Position numbers and translations under genes: made by a program. Of a stretch of 64,000 nt of DNA, positions 53,440 to 64,000 are shown one piece after another. The stretch's first letter is position 1. Every line of letters starts with the position of its first letter. This DNA comes from Marsupella aquatica (lineage: Eukaryota > Plantae > Marchantiophyta), in the NCBI GenBank assembly GCA_973895155.1, contig OZ316894.1, positions 18,700,805 through 18,764,804 of the forward strand, in the 5' to 3' direction. The notes below the pieces were generated by a model, which did not search any database, was not told where the DNA came from, and saw only the letters and a program-made list of their open reading frames with translations.

Positions 53440-53514
53440 GGATCTAGTGGACCTAATGGATCTGGTGGATCCCGCCAAGTGGATCTGGTGGATCTGGTGG
53501 ATCTAGTGGACCTA
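53440..53514. repeat. 9-bp minisatellite (GGATCTGGT) in the probable POLA1 3' UTR
   Basis: GGATCT(A/G)GT repeated about 7 times with variants. Confidence 0.75.
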
Positions 53515-53573
53515 CATGGTTTGTGAGTCTGACGACCAGCTTCACGATGGACTGATATCTAATGTACAAAGAG

Positions 53574-56500
53574 CTATGAAACGGACACACAGAGGGCACC
53601 AAGGTTTACCCATCTAAAGCCACTCCTGTCTCTAACGTCCTTTATGACTTGGGCAGCAGTCTCCAAAGCAGGGCGTACAGTTGCCAACTTCACCTCGGCA
53701 GCCAACCGAGCGCTCGTCTCTCCAATTTTGTTAAGAGGACGAGACGCGTCAAGCAGCCGATAAAAGTGAGTGAGCTGCTTGTAGAGGTCCACCTCTGTGT
53801 ATTGCCGACCGAGTCGCCCGTTGCATCGGGGATAGTTGGGGCAAACAGTGCCCCGCTCAGCATCCCCGACGACTCGAAGGCTGACGTTACGTGTGATATG
53901 CCCACAAGAATCCTCGTCACAACACATTACGCCATCATAGTACCGGGTCACGAACTCATCGGCCCTTTGCTTCACCTGATTGGCTAGCATCCGCGGAGAG
54001 AGTCTCTGCGAACAACCATCTCGAGTGCAATCCAGACATCTCAATAGTTCGTCTGAAACAATGGGATGGACCCTTGCCTCGGGTTCAGCTCCTTCTGCTG
54101 GTCTCTCTGCAAGAATGTGACTGACGCCAGCGAATTGATATTGCTTCGTGCATTGCGGACATACCAACTGGAGCGCCTCACAGTGACGGTACCTGCCAAG
54201 AGAAGTGCAGGGTTTAGGATAAACCAATTCCATGTATAGATAGCTTCGAATATACGGAATTTGAATCGATGTGGTTTATATAAGACCCAAGACTATCATG
54301 AACACTCGTTTCAAATGAAATGGACAGTGGATTCAGAGTGCCAAACAAGAGTACCGGTCGTCATCATCCAGTATGGTTGCCGACGTCAAAATCGCTTCTT
54401 CATGATCATTTGATGCTTGCGCTTGCTGGAACTGATAAAAATAATATGTGATCAAGTTAAAGACACGAAAGGGTTAAGCTTGAAATGCCTTGAAAGCAGA
54501 AGCAATTACGGAATTGAAAATGCCAAGAATGACATCAGAGGTACACGCCCCGTTCCCCACTATCGGCTTCAATGTTCAAGCTATGGAACAAACCTTCGAA
54601 GGGTCAAGACCCAGACAATCTGCAATGTGCGCAGCATCAGTTCCTTCAATGGGTGCACACAGTCGTGTAACGACTGGACGAATCTGTGGCGAGGCAACGG
54701 AGCTGATTACTTAGTTGTCCGATAGTTTGCATGGCAAGTTCTAATTGTCAATCTCTTCGCAAATTTTTCTCAAAAAGGGCAAGCGGTGGCATGCTTTGCA
54801 ACTATCGCGACTCCTCACCTGACCAACTCTTATATTACCAAGCCTCTCCATGATTACTGAAGACATAACTTAATTTGTTGAGTTAACAAAGGACCAGCTC
54901 CATGTTTTCGTACGAACGAATAATAATTATCCTCGAGCAGTTACCTGCTGAGATATGTAGTACTCAATATCCACGATCCAGATATCGCTGTCAGCTTTGA
55001 GCTCATCAGGATGCCTTGCTCTTTCAGCAAGACTCGATGAAGATGCTCCTGTGGTACCCTGATAGAGAACAGAACCCACTCAGTACGAATTGCATTTCGG
55101 CCAGATGACTGGCCAGTGGAAGATTATCAGTTAGGAGGCCTGATTAGGAGAGCTTAAAGTTTTAGAATGGAGAGGGTAGGCATTTGAGTTACCCGTTCCA
55201 CGCATATGATATATGGCACAGTGTCGCCTGCTGAGCAACCAACACGATGCCCTCCTTGTCTCCGTCTCAGTGCAACCTACCATAGTGGACAATGAAAAGG
55301 ATTTTAGTACACCATATTTATTTGCCTGAATCTAACCCTGCCGAGTCATGACTTTTGTTTGTTCTGGTGCTTGTAGGGTGAACGGAAGGACGCTAAACTG
55401 AGGCCAACGTCATGCTCAGCATGTGACTGACATCTCTTACAAGCAAAAAAACAATCGTGAAATGCTTCATGCCATTTAGTAATGGACAAAGACAACGCAG
55501 TACATTACCTGAACGTGAGGTTGATTTTTGGCATCCGGATAATCCTCAGGAGGCTTGGTGAGTGTTTTGTTGATTATGAATTTCTCGAGTTCCACTTGGC
55601 CGTTTCTGAGGTCTTCTTGTAGCTGAAACAAGAAGCAGGAAAACTCGTCACGGTTCAAGATCCAGTATCCAGGTAATGGAACGTTGAATACACGCATACG
55701 GCAGAGTCATGGACATCTACATTTAGGGAATGAATCTGACAGAGATACAGCTTTAAGGTCCATAAATTCGACTGAAATTTAAGAAATCCTACCTTTCGCA
55801 ATTCAGTGTGGATGGCCTCCACCACGTCTTCGCGTGAGCTGGAGAGGAGAACATGGGAGTAAGAGGCAAAGATAGTAGATCTGGAGTAAGAGGTGCTTAC
55901 TCCAGACCAAAGACAACCATGTCTACTCCGAACCAAATAAACAAACGATACTGGATCGTTTGAATCTCACGTTTTGCATGTTTAATAAGTGAGCCGCTCC
56001 GACCTACAATCCGATTTTCTGCTACTTAAAGGAAAACTCACCCTCCAGACAATATTTGTTTGAGCACAAAGTTACCAATATCTTTTGATAACAAACTCCA
56101 ATCTCGCCTCACAATGTCAAGACCTTTCTGTTCAATAACCTGCAAAAGAAGGGACACGAGGAGCTCAGTCCAGAGCATGTTCAGAAAACTCTGCAAAATA
56201 CTTTTTCCAGGGTATTCAGGTGGCAGCCCAACCCAACCACATTCAGCTATCTGAATTCCAGAAGCATTTTTCTCTAGAGAATGTAGGCAACGCGTCACTT
56301 CACCAAAACAAAGTCAAATCTCGATGCCGACCTACTGCACTCGAGAGTGGCCAAATTTGTATCCAGTAGTTCTCATGATGTGTGATAGTCACCAAAGTCA
56401 CTTCAAATGTGATTAACGGTTGTACACATACCTCTCGGATTGTACCATCACTGTTCACTTCAATTTTGACGGCTGCGTACTTCTTTTTCTTGAGGAGCAG

Positions 56501-59500
56501 CATACGCTTATAGATCCCATCCATGTCTATTTCCAACAACCTGTACTTTTTGTTGACCTGTCCATGCATATAAAACACACTTAGAGAGGCTGCTATTTTC
56601 ATCTGCAAATTGCAACGCTAAGGTGAAAATTTAACCTTGACCTCAAGCTGATTGAATAAATTTACATTCGCTATCTTCTTTTGAGTAGAAGATGCAAACG
56701 CAAAGAGTGACCGACACCCGGGTGCAAATTAGTTCGGGGAGGGCATTACCTCCTTAATGACCTTCACACCAATAGCCCTTGCAGCAATAAGGTCGTCAAG
56801 CCCGGTATGAATCATTATTGAGTCTGTGTCTCCATAAATAACCTACAATAGTTACATCTAACGTGAGAAAAAGATAATCTCCCGATGGATAAGGCTCTAA
56901 AAGACCTCGATCCCTCTGTTATTGCTCTTTACTTGTCCGTAAAATATACTTTCAAAACAAAACAAAACAAAACGAAACAGAACAAAACAAAACAAAAGAC
57001 CTGAATCCTGGATTAAAACAATATGCTGGATTGGTCTACAATATCTCTTCCGAACTGTAAAATAAGTAAAAAACCCAGGATATGCACAGTTAACTTACTA
57101 GCAGAGACATTAGTAATTTTCCGACAGAGGGACAAAAATGCACAAAGAATAGGGCAACTTCCACATAGTGCAAAACTTAGGGAAAAGACTCACCTCAAGA
57201 TTCAAATTATTTTTGACGAGGTCGACAGTACTTTGAAGAATTTCACGACCCTGTAAAATTAAGAGACAACAAGCATAGCGATACTCAATAACGTACCATA
57301 AATGAATTGCTATCCCATCAATAATCGGTTGATCTCCCCTCATCTTTAAGAAAGTTTACTTCACTGAAACGGCCAGGTAGCTTGATCTCCAATACACAAG
57401 AATTTCATACAAGGATTCCAGATAAAACGAAAGTATCTAGGTGGTCCCTGCCTGGTAGATCAGTACCTGTGACGTGATAAGCTCTGCAATGGGCTTCGCA
57501 TAAAATCGAGCATTGGTAAATCCAAGGCAGCCATATATACTGACAGAAGCAAAGGATGAATGGAAATAGTATCGTGAGTACGACCTTTTCGTGAAGTTCA
57601 GCTACGGTGAACACTTTCTCAAGACGAATCCAAAAACCGAACTGCTCTGCAACTTAGAAGGTATTGGTTTGGCTAGGGTCCAAAGCCATTTCACATAAGG
57701 ATCATGGACAAGCCACAGGATCAAAGGAAGTACACACAAGGAGTCCCTGAGAAAGGCATAAGGATAGACCTGTTGGCCGTAAGTTTCAATGCCTGCTGTT
57801 GGATATCAAACTGTTGATATTTGAGACTATCTGTAGTCCGTTTCAACCAGAGTTTCACCTGCTTTCTTCTGTCAACGAGGCCTTTCAAAACCTACAGTTA
57901 TTTGCGAAAAAGGTTAGCAAAAGAGCAGCACCAGATTTTAAGGACAGAACGGTGAAGGTCCAGACATTCAACCAACCTGAGGGAGCACTCCAGGCAAAGC
58001 AGTGGAAGGGAGCCGGGGTATTGAACCATCAGAAGGTTTATCTACGGTTGTGAAACACACATTGTACTCCTGCAAATCAGGCGTCCAAAAGAGAGTTAGG
58101 ACGCATGTGTTTACGACTTAAAGAAGATAAATCATAACTTGGTTGTATGTGGGAACTACTAAATGTATGGCCCGTAGAAGTATGAACTAGAATCTGTTAG
58201 GTGATGATTACAGCTCTGGGTACTGACAGGTTCTTCGTTGTCCGAAGCAGAGTAATCAAGACTTCTCGGGATACCTGAATAATCGAAGGGTAGAGACTGT
58301 TGAAATCCAGCAGTAATATGAATTTGTCATATAGGCCCTTCTTTGGCTCCAAGACTAAGCCTCCCAGGTATGCTGCACCTTTCTTCCGCTTCGAAGCAGC
58401 ATTTTGAGGACCATCCCCAACACCGTCGTCATCGTCCATTAACATTTCATCTGCCTCATTGCCTAGGGCCTTGTGAGAACTAGGCTTTCGTTTATTCGTC
58501 AAGCGCTCTTTGTCACGTAGAGAAAGCTTGTCTGGGAGAATGAATTTGCGCCCATGAAATTCATGTAGTAATAAATATTCTACTCGTTGGGCCCTGCTTC
58601 CCTGGAAAGATGTAAATTCCGATGAAGGTAAACATACCAATTAAGAAAGATTGGGTAGCTTTCACTGTGAAAATCCGCAGCCACGGTGAAGTGGCTGTGT
58701 GGAAACAAAGAATTCAAAGGTGTGTATCTACCTCACACGGCCCTTACCTGAAGCGTCCTGCTCCATAAGTTACCACTGATATTTGTTAGTTGACGTGTCA
58801 ATGGTAGCACACTAAGGTGAAACATCAAACCAAGTGCCAGCCATGCATCCGTTTCTCCCGATTCTATCTGTTTACATGGCGACAAAACGAGCGTTATGGA
58901 TTAGATCAAACAAAGGCAGACACTACCAGAACACCTGGTCTTGAAAGCACTCGGAAAAAGAATCATGCAGAGGTTCAAGAATACTTCTGGTACAAGAATT
59001 GAGAACAAAGGTCAGACGAACGAGATCGTCTGAATTTGAATTCCTCCAACTTCCGGGAAAGAGAGGACACGGTAGATAGAAACACACCAATTCTATCAGT
59101 GTTGATGATGACTGATACATATTGGGAATTTCAGATGGCACTAATTCTTTCCGCTCCCTTCCCAATCGCGTTCTAGAAAGCTCCGTTAGGGAATAGCTAG
59201 TCTGCAACCAGTGTCAAAATTAAGCAAATCTCTACATAATCTCAAAGATCGATTCCTATGAATGATATGAAAAATCACAACTTGTTCAATCAAAACAGCC
59301 TTAATCTACCCATGTTGCAATCAACGGATCTAAATCCTCGTCATCGAAGGCAAAACGAACTCTACTCAAATGAAGGATAGTATTGTGGATTGGCTACCTC
59401 TTTGAGCAGCTCACGGGAAGAAAGGTAAGTGTCACAGAGAAGACGGCCAGCAATACAGGCCATATGTCCTGGGCCAGCCCCTGAACCAAATGTATTACCA

Positions 59501-62500
59501 CCACCAGTAAGCCTTGGCATCTGAGAACGCCGTAGTCGTCCAATCTTAGACCAAATATTGCTCTGCACCTTACAAGCCTGTGACGACAACCAGTAGAATA
59601 ATGTCATGATCAGAAAAACCTAGTCGCGTTGTTGCTCTAGAGCAGTATAAAGGGCGACGGCCATCATAGAATTTTCTTGTTACGGATATGCACAAACCAA
59701 AGAGTGCACAGTTGTCCAAGTGATAGAATTGGTCTAATAAGGGCAACTACGGCATTCCGATGGATGGGAAAACCGAAGGTGTCACACATTTTCGCGCAAA
59801 GGCATCATCATTATACAGGTTCAATCTATGAAATCAAATTGAGAACATAGATCCATCAGTGTCTTGGAACAAAAGGACAGGATACCTGCAGTCGATGGAG
59901 AAGGACATCAAGATCAAAGCCTGAAATATTATGTCCAACTAGGACGTCAGGATCCAGTTGGTACAGTTTCACCATGAGGCAACTCAGCAGTGCTCTCTCA
60001 CTGGCAAAGATAAACGGGAGGATAGACGTGATTCAATAGGTTAGTAAAATCCTCCCAGAAAGTAACCAGGCTATGTTTGACGAGCTATCCATGTATTTAA
60101 GAACAACATAAGATTAAGTCAGTCCACAACAGCGAATTGAACAGCATACTTTTTCAGTACCCATCCAATGATTCACAGCCTCATTAAGCACTAAGCTCGG
60201 TACTCCTGAGAAACAAACCTGCTCTCGCAAGTTAGAACTGGTGCCCCCATTTTGCTGGTGATTTGAGATACCTCTGATGCAAATCCAGAAGGAAAAACTC
60301 CTCCTTCTAGCTTGCGAACAATACTGAAGTGGCTGAGCATTTCGTGAGTATTCCACTCCGCCAGAGGCATTGGCATGTCAACCTACAGAGCCAGGTCATA
60401 AGGTTTAATACTAACGCCGTAGATGTTCTTTCAACTGCTGCACAGCGGTCCTAGCCCCACTGTCCACGGCTTCCAAGACTTCTGATGCATCCTGGCTGGG
60501 AGGAAGGCAACCTACTCACAGGTCTTAGAATCAAGTTCAGAAGCTTGAAGAAGCGGATGATCGAAACTCAGTGTAGCAATCAGCTATCAAATAAAGCCTA
60601 ATGGTGAATACCATCCGTAATTTCCAGAGCAGACCCATAACAAAACTAGTATATGGTTCAGTAACAATCGGTCTCTGTGTGTACCTTCACTCGTCGGCTG
60701 TAAACAACTGATGCAGAAGCAATTTCATTAACATTGTCTTTATGGTTGATGACAGTTTTCAGATTTACGGCCGCAACCACAAGCTGGGGTATCTCTGACG
60801 GAACCTTTCCAGCAGGACTGACAACAATGTCTTTAGGGGATCCCAGATTTATTTCAAGCTTGCACCAGCTGACCTGCCCCAAGGAAGCCAGCAAACAAAG
60901 ATCAGAGTGTGCTGGAAGATTGACTAAGTCCAAAATCGAAGAAGTCATCCACAGTTTAGAATATATAACTTGCGAATCACGATTTGATGGTCAAGTAAAA
61001 TGAAACTCATTTGAGTCTATGAAAAAACATCCTCTGGTATACGAGTAAGAGTTCTGCAAGGTACATTCCTTATGTAGTACCCTGAGTAGAGGTCAAACAA
61101 TAAAGGATGTAGACATGCATTGAAAACAGAAATAAGAGCACCTGTGACGAGCTTGGGCAGCGCACTGGTTTCGAGATTGACAGCCAGCAGGGTCCTTTAA
61201 TTTTCCTCTTGATAAGAAACATCTCCAGAGCACTGCAAGACAATACAGGAAATCTAAAATTCTGAAGGAGCTAAAATAGCAGTGACAATGAGCACTACAA
61301 CAAGATCAAAAGGCCGTATTTAAAAGCGGTGAAGGTCTGAGAGACAATGCAAACGTAGACTTACTCTTTGACCCCATCAAAAGGTCAAATCTTTTCCGAG
61401 AAACATCACAAATTAGACCAAACAAAGTTTCGTGATAGATTCATGGTTAAAAGAAAAAGTATAGCTATGTGAGAGTAATAGTTTAGAGTACATGTGATAA
61501 TGCGGAAAGGAGAGACAGAAAGCCACTGACCTGGTGTGAGTTCCAAATAGACTAGTGAAATATCGTCCTTTCAGATCACTCGGCAGAGGTGTATCCTGAT
61601 TATGATGACGAAAATGCATGTTAGTTCAATCTAAGTTCATATTGCAAACAACTACATCAACCACGGCAAACCCAGAGAATGAAGCGGTTAGAGTTGAACC
61701 TTGAATGGGTAGCTCAATTTCAAGAAGTAATGCTCCCCGGTTGGTACATCTGCTCTGTCAAAGGCGTATGAACGCTGCCAAAGCCAATGCACCCACCCCA
61801 ATGAAAGGAAAAACTGTCATTTCAAGTCAATTACCTCTCGTAATTTGACAACAGTAAATTATCTCCAATTTAACACGACATCCCCGTCTATGAATCCAAT
61901 TCAGGTCAAATACTGTCGTAATTTGACAACAAAAATGATCTCCAATTCAACACGACATGCCCGCCTACACCGCTAAACCCTAGTGGTCCAATCAAATTAA
62001 TATGCAGCTACTTTATTCAAGCATCTAATATGAAATGCATACCTTGACAGGGACCATAGTAAACCGTCCGACATTTTGCTCCATTAACTTCTCTGCGAGT
62101 TCCGTCTTCATCTCTCTTGCCAGTCCCTGCACGTAATGCAATCGTGTCAACATTGACAAAGTCAGCTTCGATAGGAGTTGTTAGTACTTACTTTCTCATA
62201 TTATTGCGGAGCCAATATTTAGAAAACCGTGTATGTAGAATATAGCTAAGCACCTGTAACTTTGATTTCAAAGCCCATTTCTCGGCGTCACCTCCTGATT
62301 TAGCAGCTTCTTCCAGCTCGGCTAGACTGCTTTCTGAAAATACGTGGGGGGAGGGAACAGCGAATATGCACCGTTGCAGGTTATGGACAACCACGGAACA
62401 GCTCACGTAGTTATCCTTCACTGCTGTAGGAACCTGCAAATCAGAACACACTGGCCTATAAGAATCTGGGATGCACACCGTTTCCAAATGTCACACCTTG

Positions 62501-64000
62501 ATCAGTAAAATTGCGAGCAGGGAGACTCATGTAGGGTGACCTTTCGCAATTCATGAAATGATCATGCTTGGTCTTAAGTCAAGTAAAAGTGAACACAGCA
62601 AATTTGAACGTCTGAGTCAAATACCTTGCCAAAGAGATAGATAGTCCCTGGATTGGATCCAAATTCTTCCTCGTATGCGTCAATAAGGTAGAAGGGGAGG
62701 TTTCCATCAGTATCCACCGGAAGCGCATTGCTATCAGACTCTAGATTCTCGTCCATGAGCTCTTCTTTCTTCAGCGCATTTTCGACGTGCTTCAGTGCAC
62801 CACCCTCGAGAATGGAGTGCCAGGCAGCACAAGCCTCAGCACCAGTCTCCCGATTCTCAACAATCTTTGCGTTAAGTCCAGGCTTTACTCCGGATCTCCC
62901 GCTGTCCATATTTGAAATACTTCCAGCAACGGACGGTTCCAGAGGGACATTTATGAACTCCGTCTTCACGAGAACCAACTCATGTTCAGGCGATCCTTGA
63001 ACTGCAAGGAGAGGTACTGTCTCTGGAGTCAGCACCGCTTCCTCTCCTGTCTTAAGACATGGGGCATCGAGAGCCGTTCCTTCGTCTGGAATGTACTCCT
63101 GAGTCTCATGAACGGGACTCTCTGAGATTTCCTGCTGCGGATGGAGCACCTTCACCTGAGATAATCGACTGAGTTGAGCGGAGGGATCTTGAACATGAAG
63201 CAATCCCGAGTCCAATTGTATTGTTGGTCGGCGAGGTTGTTGTGGTAATTCTGCAAATCCAGTAGAGGAACTCTCTCGAGTACGCAATTCTGGACAAGAA
63301 GTGGAGAAACGTGCTTAATTCAACATGTTTCAAGAAATCAGTCATGTTGGACACGAACACAATGTTGGCAAGGGGAGGAAAGATAGAAGTTGCGCAGGCG
63401 AAGGGGACGCTTTCAGTCTACACCGACGAGTGCACAACAGTCCTTATCCTGAATGTGAAATTCCTTTGCTTGGATAGTGTATAATAGCTCCTCTGAGAGC
63501 AGCACCCTCCCCTCCCCCTCCCCCTTTCTTCCCTTTCGATTTTGCCCGCAGGCCGAGGCCCTGGGACTACTGCGCAATTTGAACTCGCTACGCCACACGC
63601 CTCGTCTGGCGCCGTTGGGACAGTCGCCCATCCCGCCGTCGATGGATTCGTACCGAGGCCTATGAATGAGATTAACGGCAACTCGAATTGGACTACCACA
63701 TGATACTAACACAATTTGGGGGTTGGTTACTCGCTCCAGTTGTAATTTTCAAGACTATGCACTCGACGATCCTAAGTAGAGTGCTAGTACCATATGCTGC
63801 AAGCACGAATGGATCTTACCGCGCCTTCGTCGCTTTTCCCGCTCACGATCGACGTCGTCTGCCGTAATACCGGCTAACACATCGTCCAGAATGCTCTCGG
63901 TGGATGCTCCGATTTTACTGGCGCCAATTGGCTTGTCGCGAGCTCGCCTTCCGAACGCATTGACTGATGCTTCCGCAAACATGCTGGTCACTCTTCGCTT
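53574..64000 (-). CDS. POLA1: DNA polymerase alpha catalytic subunit, multi-exon, 5' end outside the window
   Basis: Family-B motifs: [32 protein letters not shown] (58277-58375), KLTANS/IYGCLG (57770-57790 and 57520-57541), [11 protein letters not shown] (56810-56843), [21 protein letters not shown]-terminal Zn-finger exon has CPQC..CLDC..CDEDSC..CPNYPRC and ends at 53574. Confidence 0.97.
56953..56997. repeat. (AAAAC)n microsatellite in a POLA1 intron
   Basis: Direct reading of the sequence. Confidence 0.9.

Overview
Eukaryotic plant DNA, probably a bryophyte such as a liverwort (inferred from gene style). Two intron-rich housekeeping genes on the minus strand, COP1 (2094-7565) and the DNA polymerase alpha catalytic subunit (53574 to beyond 64000), flank about 45 kb of nested transposons. 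The main discovery is a 23.5-kb DNA transposon (11703-35255) with 26-bp TIRs starting TAY and a 6-bp TSD, which fits the IS3EU type. It carries a spliced DDE integrase-core transposase, a spliced 2OG-Fe(II) dioxygenase resembling TET/JBP, a multi-exon HECT E3 ligase and two ~200-bp tandem arrays, making it a candidate self-anti-silencing transposon. A PIF/Harbinger element (36086-45708) follows. Each DNA transposon is interrupted by a TG...CA, 5-bp-TSD unit (3.9 and 4.7 kb) that looks like a solo LTR yet encodes one long protein, and the two proteins are homologous. Family assignments come from motif reading only; no searches were run.
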